A DNA stretch of 64,000 nucleotides from Candidatus Rifleibacteriota bacterium (lineage in GTDB: Bacteria; Muiribacteriota; Ozemobacteria; Ozemobacterales; Ozemobacteraceae): NCBI GenBank assembly GCA_018818125.1, contig JAHISQ010000054.1, positions 66,514 through 130,513 on the forward strand, read 5' to 3'. Within the stretch, counting starts at the first letter, position 1, and each line of letters begins with the position of its first letter. The notes beneath the pieces are model-generated. The model searched no databases. It saw only the letters and a list, made by a program, of their open reading frames with translations, and was not told the origin of the DNA. Shown here one piece after another: positions 39,485-49,742 of the stretch. Position numbers and translations under genes: made by a program.

Positions 39485-42400
39485 ATGTTTAAAATCAGAT
39501 GGCAAGACACCAAGCTTCTTTCAGCACTGGTCTTTCTCTTTCTTATTGCGCTAAATCCAGTCTCGGCTCTTGAGCAGATCAGCAACGGCAATTTCAGCGC
39601 CGCCATAACCAATCCGCCATGGCTTGTCGATAATCTTGTCGATCGAACTTATCCTCTGGATATATTTGCCATCGACGCCGGAAGTTTTTATGGAGATTTT
39701 GATAGCCCAGGTGGCGGTGGGGCAGACCCGCTTTATTATGCCGATGGCCTTCTTGAACAAAAATTTCCTCCAAGCGTGGCCAAGGCCTCTGATTCTATCG
39801 CATCAATAAGTGTTTCTTACTTCGAAAATGCGGACGATGTTGTTGATGCATGGGTAATAAACCTCAGCGGAACAATTCGCCGCGACGATACCCCAACCAC
39901 CATCCTTGACACCTTTCTCAATCGTCAGGTCTCTGTTTACGCCAATCTGAATCGCCTCACATGGGCACAACTTTCAGCATACACAGTAACAATACCTGGT
40001 GGTTACCGATATCGCATGCGCTTTCACTGGACACTTGGCTGTGGAAAGAATATATGGGCTTCGGCCAGAGTTGATAATATTAAATGCAATCTTAGCCCTT
40101 CTGGCCTGGTTGCATCAGAGACTGCAGCTGGAGCATGTGCTCTCGACTGGGAAGACAGCACCGGCGTTGCAACTTTTTCTGAATACAGGATTTACCGGCG
40201 AACCTCAGAGTCAGACCTGTGGGGAGCTTTCATCGCGACTTCAACCACCTCTGATTATACAGACAATGCCCCACCTGCCTCAGACACAGTTTATTATGCA
40301 GTAACCGATGTTGACACGCTCGGAGTAGAATCACCAAAGTCGCCTGTAGCTCTTTTTAAAAGAGCAAAAATAGTGATCAGTTCAGTTTCTGCAACGCCCA
40401 CAACTGTTACTATCGGGCAAAACGGCATACCGGTCTATGTTACCGTAACCAATACCGGCTTCTCTGCAGCACGGCTGGATTCAATTGAACTGCTTAACGA
40501 TCCGTCCGCAGGCTTATACAACAAGACCCTGCAAACTCCGCTGTCGATAAATCTGGCTGCCGGCGAGAGTAAGATTCTGACTTTTTCTGTAGATGTTCTC
40601 GAGGGAAGCAACCCTGAAACCGACACATTAGACGCCGTTGCCACTGGCGCCAGCCTGGTGACTGGAGTCACTCTTTCAGCGCCGGCTTCGCTCGACATCA
40701 ATATCACCCATGAATGGCTGATCAGGGCACCGGCAAATCTGGTAGTTCAGACAATAACTGTACCCAGCACGGTTTATCTGGATCAGAAGCTGGTACCCGT
40801 AGTTGTAGAGGTGCTTAACGATGGCGCCAAAAACGCAGCGGCCTACTGGGAATCTGTTGAACTTCTTTTCAGTAATGGTACTTATTTAAATATCGTCCTG
40901 GTTGATCCAATGCCAGTTACCGTTTATGCTGGCCAAACCGCATCGGTCACCCTCAATCTCGACGTTTCGCCGACTTCGGCAACTGGCACATGCATAATAG
41001 ATGCCAATATTACCTTTCGCGATGTAAACCTCTTGATCAATTCGGCCAACTATGATGGTGCTGCGTTACCAGGTAATTGGACTGTTATAGCTGGCCTGAT
41101 GAAAACCTATAAAGGCCCGCCGACTTACCCAAGTTATACTATTCCGTCCACAAGTTTTAACCAGGCTACCGGCACAGTTTATGCGCGCGCCGAAAATCTG
41201 ATTCCACTCGCGGAATACCGCTTCAGGTGGTATTACCCTGACGACAGCATCGCCAGAATTATGGACCCACCCAAAACAACAGATTCTACCGGCAAAATGA
41301 CTGATGAACTACCGCTCACCGCATTATCCCCAACTGGTAAATACCGGGTTATTGCTACCCGCGTCACCAGTACGATTGCGCTGGCAGAGACATATTTTTA
41401 CGTGGTTACTCCTGCATCTCTTGCAGTAACGATAGATTTGCCGCCAACGGTCACCGTTGATCAGCTTTTCAACGCGACCATGACGGCAATAAACTCTGGC
41501 GGAGCTGCAGTCATCGATGTTACACCGGCAGCTCTTACCGCTGCCGCAGGAAACACCGGCACCGGCACCAAACTGAGTGGCCCTGCCCCGATAGTTCAAA
41601 ATGTTGCAGGAACGAGCCAAGGCTACTTTTCCTGGCAATTTCAGGCTGATACTATTGGCTCTTTCGCTCTTGACGGCGGCGCCTCCGGGTATGACGCCAA
41701 CGATTCTACGCTACTTTCCACAACCATACAGAGCAACATGTGTACAATTCAGAGCAAACCAGTGCTCAGTGTTGTGTCTATCACCGAAGGCTATACCAAT
41801 GTGTATCGCAACCAAACCGGACTAGATGTTACAATGTTGGTCAGAAATCAGGGAGAAGCAACTGTAGCTATTGACACGGCAGCACTGGTGTTTAGTCTTG
41901 GAAACCATACCCAGGTAATTGCTTCACCAAGTGTTATGCCTGCATTATTGCCCGGCAATTCCGATATAGTTATTGCCTTCACGGTTGCAGTTGCATCCGA
42001 TTCACCCACTGGAGCTGTTTCGATTACCGGCTCTTTTACCGGCTATGAAACCAATGATCAAACAGCAACCTATTCTGTTTCGGGCGGAACCGCAGGCGCC
42101 TGGACAATCAACGCATTTGCCGGCAAATGTGCAGCCAACTCAAATTTTTCGCCGGAACAATATACCTTCAATCAGGGACAAACAATCTTTGTAGAGTTCA
42201 CTGGTGCTACTAATGGCACTAAATACAGCATATTTTTTCATGACACAGAAGCGGGCGGTGTACCCATAAGTCAATCAGGTGTCATAGTTGCGGGCCTGGG
42301 TGCTGTTTCCTGTCAATATGACCTACCTGTGGCCGCTGCTTTAACCAAATGGCGTGCTGAGATCTGGGCGGTAAATGCCGGTGGTGCTAAACTAGGCTCA

Positions 42401-45400
42401 GTGCTTGGAATACAGTTTTTTCATGTTCAGGCTCCGGGAACTTTAAATACAACGCTTCAAATAGCTCCAGGCGCGGGTGTTGAGCTTGGCGAGAATATTA
42501 CGGTTACCATGTCTTTGAGCAACACTGTTGCCAACAGCTCAACTATATATCCGGCAACACCGACAACTCCCATACTGGCAACGGGTTTTACCGGTAACGC
42601 CAGTCTGGTCTCCGGGCCAGACCCAGCCTCTATATCAGTATCCTATGGCTATCCGGCGACTTTTACCTGGGTATTCCAGACAACCGAGGAAACAGTTATT
42701 GCCAGCACTTTTGCGTTGATTGCAACGGCAACAGGCGTAGATTTTAACACCACATACGCTGCGACTATTCGCAGCGTCAGCAGTTCAGCTACCTCCAATG
42801 GCATACCAATTATTCTGCGCGATCTTGATTTTACCCCCGACCCGCTGAATGTGGGAACGCTTGTTTGTGGCTCAACTTACAGCAGCAATTTTACACTTGA
42901 TAACCCAGGGAATGTGGATCTTACTTCTGTTGTATGGCAAAAGTCTTATCCGATATCTTCAGCAGGATACAACATTCCATATTCGTATTTCAGCTTCAGC
43001 CCGCCTTCTGGCTTTTCAGTGGCAGCAGGCGGCAATCAGGCAGGATCATTCACCATCACCCTGCCATATAGCCAGCCACCTGGCACCTATTCCGCACTGA
43101 TGGCGGTATATGACGACCTTAACAGCGACAGTGTGAGAACTCTTGGTGAGCCTTACCAGGAATTCACTGTCACACTTGTCGCCAGCGACTGTAAAGTCAT
43201 CATGGTAAACGATGAACCTGTAGATCTTGGCGGTTGGCCTGCGAACAGCCAGACCGCGACCCTCACCTTTGCTGTATCAAATATCGGCAATCTCAATCTT
43301 GAGAATCTGGTGTTCAGCGAGATATCGGGCACCTTCAGCGACTCAACAATTACAGTCACGCCCACCAACGCGGGGGGGTTGGCAACCGATGATGCAGTAT
43401 TGGCCGCCGAAGTTTCGGCCTGGCTTGGCGCGGAAGCAGCGGGAAGCTATATTGCCACCTGGACAATCGAGGATCTCACCGGCACCTACGCCTCAGATAC
43501 TTTTCAGATCAAATTTTCTGTCGGAGACAAGAATTTTACATTTGCTACCGATCCCTACGATCTCGGCAATGCCACCCCCACATATACCCTTGGCTATTTC
43601 CCGGTAGAGATTACCAATACCGGCCTTCTACCACTCACGCAGCTTACCGCTGACCCACAAGATCTTGGACAAAGCAGCAGCACCAGCATTATCCCCTTCG
43701 AAAATATCCTGTTCGAGATGCCCACAGGCCCGCTTGCTGTTGGAGCCACAATGATTGGCACTCTCTCGGTTTATGTGCCAGCCGGCACACCTCTGGGAAT
43801 ATTTGAAGGAGAGCAATATTTCTTCGACGACGAAAACGGCGACGGCCTCTGGTCTGGTCTTGCCAACGAACCGCAACGCAGCTTCCTTCTGAGACTCAAC
43901 GCAGTTGAGTATTATGCAATACAGGTAGTAGATTCGACGCTTGATTTTGGCGGCGTTACCCAGGGTGAGACCAAAACTGTCAGCCTGCTGTGCCGTAACA
44001 TCGGTAATATCAGACTTGATCTTCTCAAATGGGAAAAATACAGAATGCTTTCAGGGGCTAATGAAATACCAGCTGCCAGCTATTCCATCTTTACTTCCAG
44101 AGATGCCGGTGGAGTTTTTTATATTAATGCAGGCGAGCTGTTTTATGCTGATGCCAGCATTTCAGTAGATCTTACTCTGCCTGCCGGACTTTATACCGGC
44201 GAGAATCCCAACTGGTTATTCAATGATATGTACTCGCCTCTCGGCCGCAATGCCACTGAACCGCAAAGCAGTTTTGGCGTCAGCTGCCAGGTCGGCAGCA
44301 AAATCATCACTATACTCGAAGCTGGGCCGCTTACAGTAACAGGATTTCCATCGCAGCAAACAGCTGAAGTCTCTTATTCGGTCAAAAATGATGGCACCCT
44401 TGTGCTTGCCACGCCAAAAGCTGCGGCTATAACACCGCTCATTGAAGATGGGCTAGTCGCTTCGATTCCGGCATCGGCGGTGACTTTTAACCCTGAACTT
44501 TTTGACTACATCAATCCTGGACAGACCAAATATGGCCTATGGTCGGTTCTGGTGCCACCAGGACAGCAGGTTGGCACTTACACCGGCACTATTCAGGTAT
44601 GGGATGACTCAGATAACAGCGGCGCACAAAACGGCGCTGAACCGGCAGACACAGTTGGCATTGTGGTCAGCGTCCTGCCTAAACGAGTCCTTACCGTTAC
44701 ACCAAGCCCACTGGATCTCTATTTCATACCGCCCGGTCAGAGTGTGGCGCAAAATTTTCTTATTACCAATGCCGGCAATGTTGATATTACCGGCGGAGCT
44801 GAGATTATAAAATCAATCGTCGGTCAACTGAACTCACTATCTGTAGGACCGCCGGCAATCACCCAGGTCGAGATACTGCCTTCTCCAATCTCAAGTAATT
44901 TGCTGATCGGCGAATCGGTAACAGCGATAGCAAGCGTTACCATACCGGCAAATCAAACAACCGGCCCTTACGAAGGTACACAGAAAATATACATAGACAA
45001 AGGTTCACCAGGCGACGGCATTCACGACAGCGCCACTGAAGAGTATGCTACGTTCACACTCAAGCTCACGGTCGGCCAGAAAATACTTTCGATTACCCCA
45101 ACAACACTCGATATGGGTAGTCTTGATCCGCTGGCCAACAGCTCGCTTGCTTACACAGTAAAAAACGAGACTTCGATTCCACTTTCCTGCGTTAAATTCT
45201 ACAAGCTCGATCTGGGCACTGGCGTTGCCACCATGCCCACTACCGCATACAGCTTTAACCCGGCCGGGCCATTCACAATTTCATCAAATGGCAGCAAAGC
45301 AGGAATTGCCAGCCTGACTGTGCCAGCGGGGCAATCTGCCGGTATTTACGTAGCCTCATTAACTGTATTCGAAGACGATAGCGGGGAAGGCGAGATCGGC

Positions 45401-46339
45401 ACCTTCGAGGCTTCGGCCACCTTTCAGCTGAAAGTGACAGTTAATGCTGTGCCAAAGCTGACGTTCACGCCTGGCACTCAGGATCTCGGAATAGTTAACG
45501 CCGGCTCCAGCTCTGGTGATTTCGAGATCAATTATCTGAATTCCGGCAATGTCGCGCTCAGCAATATCACGTGGAATATCGGCACGCTGACCGATGGTGG
45601 CACTGAAACAATAACAGACATCACATTCTCAGGCCCACTGCCATCGGCATTGGCTGTTGGCGCCAGCGGAACCGCAGTACTCAAAGTTGGCCCGATTCCT
45701 AGCGACCAGAAGCCTGGTATCTACACGGGTTCTATAGAAGCGCTCTACGATACGACTATGTCGTTTATTCCTCCGGCAATGCTATACCTGACCGTAGAGA
45801 TCTTAGGCGGCTCTACCGTGCCAGACCTGGCGTCGGGCAGCGCGTATCAGGAAATTGCGACCACAACATGGGCAGTGGCTCCTGCCAATGAACCCTGGAT
45901 CATGTCGGCCTGGGTAAGCCTTGAGTCAAACGCTTCGGCGGCGCTCGCTCTGATCGAAGTCGACAGCGCCGGCGCCGAGACCTGGCGCGGGATTAAAATA
46001 GACAGCAGTGGCAACCTGAATCCCTATGGTGCTGGTCCCATTACTGGCAGCGGAGTTGTCATGAGCACCAAAGCCGGCACGCCGCCGATGACCTGGCATC
46101 GCGTTTATTTCAGCTTTGACTATAGCTTTGACATTACCACGGCATCAAATACCTATATGGTGCTGCAAAACACCACAGAAGATACGACTGCCTCGCGATC
46201 CGTCTGGTTCGACGGGGTTCAGCTGGAAAGAGCCGGAAAGGGTCAGACACGCCCAAGCCCTTACACATCTGACACTATACTGGTTTCGCCTAACCGCTCA
46301 CTAACTCTTGATGGAAAATACCGCTATTATGAGCGATAA
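39485..46339 (+). CDS. Giant (2284 aa) secreted surface/adhesin-like protein with tandem Ig-like beta-sandwich repeats (CARDB-like N-terminal half, ASH/choice-of-anchor-D-like C-terminal half) flanked by CBM4/9-like jelly-roll termini
   Basis: It has a signal peptide and an aggag RBS. In residues ~1100-2050 the motif [LI]x[FV]xPxxLD[LFM]Gx(10-15)[FL]x[IV]xNxGNxxL recurs at least 8 times. CARDB-like segments occur earlier (VTVTNTGFSAARLDSIEL, VVVEVLNDGAKNAAAY). The N-terminus ISNGNFS...PPW and the C-terminus VWFDGVQLE resemble CBM_4_9 ends. Confidence 0.8.
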   Translation: MFKIRWQDTKLLSALVFLFLIALNPVSALEQISNGNFSAAITNPPWLVDNLVDRTYPLDIFAIDAGSFYGDFDSPGGGGADPLYYADGLLEQKFPPSVAKASDSIASISVSYFENADDVVDAWVINLSGTIRRDDTPTTILDTFLNRQVSVYANLNRLTWAQLSAYTVTIPGGYRYRMRFHWTLGCGKNIWASARVDNIKCNLSPSGLVASETAAGACALDWEDSTGVATFSEYRIYRRTSESDLWGAFIATSTTSDYTDNAPPASDTVYYAVTDVDTLGVESPKSPVALFKRAKIVISSVSATPTTVTIGQNGIPVYVTVTNTGFSAARLDSIELLNDPSAGLYNKTLQTPLSINLAAGESKILTFSVDVLEGSNPETDTLDAVATGASLVTGVTLSAPASLDINITHEWLIRAPANLVVQTITVPSTVYLDQKLVPVVVEVLNDGAKNAAAYWESVELLFSNGTYLNIVLVDPMPVTVYAGQTASVTLNLDVSPTSATGTCIIDANITFRDVNLLINSANYDGAALPGNWTVIAGLMKTYKGPPTYPSYTIPSTSFNQATGTVYARAENLIPLAEYRFRWYYPDDSIARIMDPPKTTDSTGKMTDELPLTALSPTGKYRVIATRVTSTIALAETYFYVVTPASLAVTIDLPPTVTVDQLFNATMTAINSGGAAVIDVTPAALTAAAGNTGTGTKLSGPAPIVQNVAGTSQGYFSWQFQADTIGSFALDGGASGYDANDSTLLSTTIQSNMCTIQSKPVLSVVSITEGYTNVYRNQTGLDVTMLVRNQGEATVAIDTAALVFSLGNHTQVIASPSVMPALLPGNSDIVIAFTVAVASDSPTGAVSITGSFTGYETNDQTATYSVSGGTAGAWTINAFAGKCAANSNFSPEQYTFNQGQTIFVEFTGATNGTKYSIFFHDTEAGGVPISQSGVIVAGLGAVSCQYDLPVAAALTKWRAEIWAVNAGGAKLGSVLGIQFFHVQAPGTLNTTLQIAPGAGVELGENITVTMSLSNTVANSSTIYPATPTTPILATGFTGNASLVSGPDPASISVSYGYPATFTWVFQTTEETVIASTFALIATATGVDFNTTYAATIRSVSSSATSNGIPIILRDLDFTPDPLNVGTLVCGSTYSSNFTLDNPGNVDLTSVVWQKSYPISSAGYNIPYSYFSFSPPSGFSVAAGGNQAGSFTITLPYSQPPGTYSALMAVYDDLNSDSVRTLGEPYQEFTVTLVASDCKVIMVNDEPVDLGGWPANSQTATLTFAVSNIGNLNLENLVFSEISGTFSDSTITVTPTNAGGLATDDAVLAAEVSAWLGAEAAGSYIATWTIEDLTGTYASDTFQIKFSVGDKNFTFATDPYDLGNATPTYTLGYFPVEITNTGLLPLTQLTADPQDLGQSSSTSIIPFENILFEMPTGPLAVGATMIGTLSVYVPAGTPLGIFEGEQYFFDDENGDGLWSGLANEPQRSFLLRLNAVEYYAIQVVDSTLDFGGVTQGETKTVSLLCRNIGNIRLDLLKWEKYRMLSGANEIPAASYSIFTSRDAGGVFYINAGELFYADASISVDLTLPAGLYTGENPNWLFNDMYSPLGRNATEPQSSFGVSCQVGSKIITILEAGPLTVTGFPSQQTAEVSYSVKNDGTLVLATPKAAAITPLIEDGLVASIPASAVTFNPELFDYINPGQTKYGLWSVLVPPGQQVGTYTGTIQVWDDSDNSGAQNGAEPADTVGIVVSVLPKRVLTVTPSPLDLYFIPPGQSVAQNFLITNAGNVDITGGAEIIKSIVGQLNSLSVGPPAITQVEILPSPISSNLLIGESVTAIASVTIPANQTTGPYEGTQKIYIDKGSPGDGIHDSATEEYATFTLKLTVGQKILSITPTTLDMGSLDPLANSSLAYTVKNETSIPLSCVKFYKLDLGTGVATMPTTAYSFNPAGPFTISSNGSKAGIASLTVPAGQSAGIYVASLTVFEDDSGEGEIGTFEASATFQLKVTVNAVPKLTFTPGTQDLGIVNAGSSSGDFEINYLNSGNVALSNITWNIGTLTDGGTETITDITFSGPLPSALAVGASGTAVLKVGPIPSDQKPGIYTGSIEALYDTTMSFIPPAMLYLTVEILGGSTVPDLASGSAYQEIATTTWAVAPANEPWIMSAWVSLESNASAALALIEVDSAGAETWRGIKIDSSGNLNPYGAGPITGSGVVMSTKAGTPPMTWHRVYFSFDYSFDITTASNTYMVLQNTTEDTTASRSVWFDGVQLERAGKGQTRPSPYTSDTILVSPNRSLTLDGKYRYYER

Positions 46340-46440
46340 ATAGTATTTGCTGCTTTAGCACAACTTCAGCTAATCATGCTGCATCGCAAAACAACATAGC
46401 AGAGGTCGATTCAAAAGCGCGAACTTGAACTAACAACAGC

Positions 46441-46477
46441 CGCCACAGTGCCTAAAAACACTGTGGCATTTTTTTTA
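46441..46477 (+). terminator. Rho-independent terminator after the giant gene
   Basis: The sequence is GCCACAGTGcctaaaaaCACTGTGGCatttttttt. Confidence 0.8.
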
Positions 46478-46695
46478 ACAAAGAAATCAACATGGCTGTT
46501 TTTTTTTACTACGAGACCATTTTTACCGCAACGCTCCAAACAAGACAATCCTTTACCACAGAGCGTTTATATAGTATAAAAAAATAATTTAAAAAAGCCT
46601 TGACACTTTGCAGCAAATTGACGACAATAATCTTGCAACGCAGCAATAAGTTAAACAAAAAGTTTGAAATCAAATATTTCTAAGGAGCCTTTAAA

Positions 46696-47010
46696 ATGAA
46701 TAAGTGGATGGAATTTTCTAACGAGTACACTCAGATGATGAAAGACAACTTCCAGGTAATGAACAAATTCTGGCGCGCCACCATGGATCAGAACAGTGGT
46801 TACACCAAGAAAAACATGGAACTCTTCTTTGACCACATGAACCGCAACACTGAATTCATGCACGACATGTGGACCAACGGTGTAAGCTCAAACGAAGAAC
46901 TCAACACTCTCTATCGCGAAAACATCGAAAAATTCAACACCCGCTACCAGAAGGTTTACGAAGAGACCATCAAGAACTTCACTCCGAAGACCCAGGAAGC
47001 TGGCAAGTAA
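46696..47010 (+). CDS. Small hydrophilic protein, possible PHA granule-associated (phasin-like) protein
   Basis: It is 104 aa. It has a strong aaggag RBS and promoter-like TTGACA/TTGACG elements upstream. It is the first gene of the pha cluster. The assignment rests on context only. Confidence 0.4.
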   Translation: MNKWMEFSNEYTQMMKDNFQVMNKFWRATMDQNSGYTKKNMELFFDHMNRNTEFMHDMWTNGVSSNEELNTLYRENIEKFNTRYQKVYEETIKNFTPKTQEAGK

Positions 47011-47222
47011 CAGCCGAAAGCTTGCAGGGGCTGTTTCGCCGGTCAGATAAGCCCGCCGAAACAGCCCCCGCGCTTTCCAAACACAAGTTCTACCGCCCTG
47101 AATTTTATCAAGGGTGTTTCCCTTGGCAAATTAGAGCTCAGATGAGCTCGTGCCAATCTTTTAGAATATCAGCAAACCAAAATTACAGGAGCCAGCATGG
47201 CTCAAGCAGACAGGAGATCAAA

Positions 47223-47972
47223 ATGAACAGAATGAATGGAAAAATCGCACTGATTACTGGTGGAGCCGCAGGCATCGGTCTTAAAGCAGCTCAACTGTTC
47301 GCCGAAGAAGGCGCAACCGTGTATGCTCTCGATATCAGCGACAAGGCACTTGCCGCTCTTGGCGAAGTAAAACTGGCTGACGGCGCACAGGGCAAGATCA
47401 TCGGCAAGAAGCTCGACGTTTCAAAAGCTGCCGAAGTTAATCAGGTTGTCGAAGAAGTTTTTACTGCTCACGGCAAGATCGACTGTCTGGTTAACAACGC
47501 CGGCATCACCGCTGACGCAACCCTGCTTAAAATGACTGAAGAAGCTTTTGACCGGGTTATCAACGTTAACCTCAAGGGCGTTTTTCTTATCAGCCAGGCT
47601 GTTGCCGCAAAAATGATTATCAACAACAGTGGCTCGATCGTTAACACCACGTCTATCGTAGGCGTTCAGGGCAACTTTGGCCAGACCAACTATGCCGCAT
47701 CCAAAGCCGGCGTAATTGGCATGACCTACACATGGGCGCGCGAACTCGGCCGCAAAGGGATACGCGTTAACGCGGTGGCCCCCGGTTACACATGGACCGA
47801 TATGCTGGCAACTGTTCCGGAAAAAGTTATCAAGATGCTCGAAGAAAAAACTCCGATGCAGCGCCTTGGCCAGCCCGAAGAAGTTGCCAAGCTTTACCTG
47901 TTTCTGGGCAGCGAAGATAGCTCATATATCACCGGACAGGTTATTGGAGTAGATGGCGGCTTAAAACTCTAA
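47223..47972 (+). CDS. phaB: Acetoacetyl-CoA reductase / 3-oxoacyl-ACP reductase (SDR)
   Basis: It has TGGAAGIG, NNAG and YxxxK SDR motifs. The start was chosen at MNRMNGKIALITGG with a caggag RBS. The long N-terminal extension in the ORF track (46869) was rejected. Confidence 0.8.
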   Translation: MNRMNGKIALITGGAAGIGLKAAQLFAEEGATVYALDISDKALAALGEVKLADGAQGKIIGKKLDVSKAAEVNQVVEEVFTAHGKIDCLVNNAGITADATLLKMTEEAFDRVINVNLKGVFLISQAVAAKMIINNSGSIVNTTSIVGVQGNFGQTNYAASKAGVIGMTYTWARELGRKGIRVNAVAPGYTWTDMLATVPEKVIKMLEEKTPMQRLGQPEEVAKLYLFLGSEDSSYITGQVIGVDGGLKL

Positions 47973-48263
47973 GCCACTATATTGACCGGCAATATTGCCG
48001 AACCGCTCTGGCTGCCGCAAGGCAGCCAGAGTATATAAAAAGCCTCGCACGAAGCCGCAAAGACACAAAGACAAGACGCCGAATCTTATCAGGTTCTTGC
48101 AATATTCAAGAACAGAGAGATTTCTCCCTTCGGTCGAAATGACAGAAAAGGTTGAAATGGCAGAGATAATGATTTTTGCAACGCTCAATAAAATCTTCTT
48201 AGTGGCTCTGTGTCTTATTGCGAGATTCTTCTTATAAAACACCTTCATGAAAGGTCGAAAAAA

Positions 48264-49289
48264 ATGATTGGAAACATGGATACCCTGGTTCAGCACCTCG
48301 ACGCAATTACCGAAAACATCATGCGCAAGACTGCTGGTGCGCTTGACACTTACCCGCGCGGCGTCACCCCGCGTGAAGTAGTATATAACGCCGGCAACAT
48401 ATCGCTGTTGCGCTTCGAAAGCCCGGAAGGTACTGAAGGCACGCCGCTGCTCATTATTCCGTCGCTGATCAATCGGTGGTATATTATGGATATAACCGAA
48501 GAGACCAGCTACATCAAAGAGTTTGCTCAAAAACGACCGACATATCTGATTGACTGGGGCTATCCGGATGAAGAAGTTGGACATCTGCCACTGAGTCATT
48601 ACTATCACCGCTCAATCAAGCGCGCCGTGCGCCAGATCTGCCGACAAACCGGGGTCAGCCAGGTCGATATGATGGGTTACTGCATTGGCGGCACAATGGC
48701 CTATGCTTTCAGCTGCCTTGAACCCGAACTCATAGATCACCTGATCCTTCTCACCGCGCCACTCGACTTTTCCGAGGCCGGTGTGTTCGCAAAGTATGCA
48801 GATTCTTTTCCAATCGAAGAATTTTCTGCTAGTATGAACAAAATGCCGGGCTGGTTGCTGGCACTTTCATTTCAGTTCGTTCAGCCGATGGGACCATATC
48901 AGAAGACTAAAATGTTTCACGACAAGTTCGAAAGCGAAAGCTTCATGAAACTCTACAACGCCATGGAACGCTGGATCTCCGACCCAGTAAGCTTCCCGGG
49001 CAAGGCTTATTACGAACTGATCACCGATCTGTATCAGAAAAATCTGCTGGCGCAGGGCCAGTTGACCACAGCCGATGGCCTGCCCGTTAATCCGGCCGCA
49101 CGCCGCGCGAAAACTCTTGTTTTGAATGCGGGGAAAGACTATATTGCACCAGTCATCACGACCTTACTGCCAGCCGCCGACCAGGCACCAGTCAGTGAGA
49201 TCACTATTCCCTCAGGACATATTGGCATTACCACCGGCAAAAACGGCAAAACAGCCTGCAAAAATACCATAGATTTTCTTATGAATTGA
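48264..49289 (+). CDS. phaC: Class III/IV PHA synthase catalytic subunit
   Basis: It has the lipase-box variant GYCIGG with the catalytic Cys. It also has the PLLIIPSLINRWYIMD motif and a C-terminal His region. It is ~340 aa. Confidence 0.8.
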   Translation: MIGNMDTLVQHLDAITENIMRKTAGALDTYPRGVTPREVVYNAGNISLLRFESPEGTEGTPLLIIPSLINRWYIMDITEETSYIKEFAQKRPTYLIDWGYPDEEVGHLPLSHYYHRSIKRAVRQICRQTGVSQVDMMGYCIGGTMAYAFSCLEPELIDHLILLTAPLDFSEAGVFAKYADSFPIEEFSASMNKMPGWLLALSFQFVQPMGPYQKTKMFHDKFESESFMKLYNAMERWISDPVSFPGKAYYELITDLYQKNLLAQGQLTTADGLPVNPAARRAKTLVLNAGKDYIAPVITTLLPAADQAPVSEITIPSGHIGITTGKNGKTACKNTIDFLMN

Positions 49290-49303
49290 AAAGGAGACAG
49301 ACA

Positions 49304-49705
49304 ATGTTTACAATGGGCGAAGATATGATGAAGCAATGGGCACAAAACTGGGAAAAACTCATGGGTGATCACCTTGAAAAGCTGGTTCACGACGAAAAGT
49401 TCATCAGCGGAATGTCAAAGTCGATTGCGGCAACCATGACCGGCAAGGCTTTTTACTCGAAGGCTCTCGACGAGCAGATGGCCGCCATGAACCTGCCCTC
49501 ACGCACTGAAATTATCAAGATTCTGCAAAAACTTACCGACATCGAAGAGCGCATGATTGATCTTAGCGAGCGCTTCGAAGACTATGTTGATGCGCAGCAG
49601 AAAAAGCCAGCAGCACAGACAGCGCCCAAAACTGCGCCAGTCGCTGAAAAGCCGATTCCCGCAGCACCAGCAAAGGAAGCCAAGGCAAAGAAGCAGAAGA
49701 AGTAA
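49304..49705 (+). CDS. Small PHA synthase subunit, PhaE/PhaR (class III/IV) -like
   Basis: It lies between two phaC genes. It has the W...W.K.MG....K...E.F...M.K.....FY.K pattern reminiscent of Bacillus PhaR, and a C-terminal A/K/P-rich tail. It is 133 aa from MFTMGEDMM. Confidence 0.55.
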   Translation: MFTMGEDMMKQWAQNWEKLMGDHLEKLVHDEKFISGMSKSIAATMTGKAFYSKALDEQMAAMNLPSRTEIIKILQKLTDIEERMIDLSERFEDYVDAQQKKPAAQTAPKTAPVAEKPIPAAPAKEAKAKKQKK

Positions 49706-49742
49706 TTAAGAGTTATACTGCATAAATATCAGAGATAAAAAT

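Noticed and set aside
47011-47065. 12-bp perfect inverted repeat (GGGGCTGTTTCG...CGAAACAGCCCC) after the phasin-like gene
   Set aside because: The loop is 18 nt and there is no trailing T-run, so it is not a convincing intrinsic terminator. It may be an attenuator or protein-binding site, but the evidence is insufficient.
46869-47222. N-terminal 118-codon extension of phaB in the ORF track
   Set aside because: The extension translates to a Q/R/S-rich non-proteinlike sequence. A conserved SDR N-terminus (MNRMNGKIALITGG) with a caggag RBS starts at 47223.
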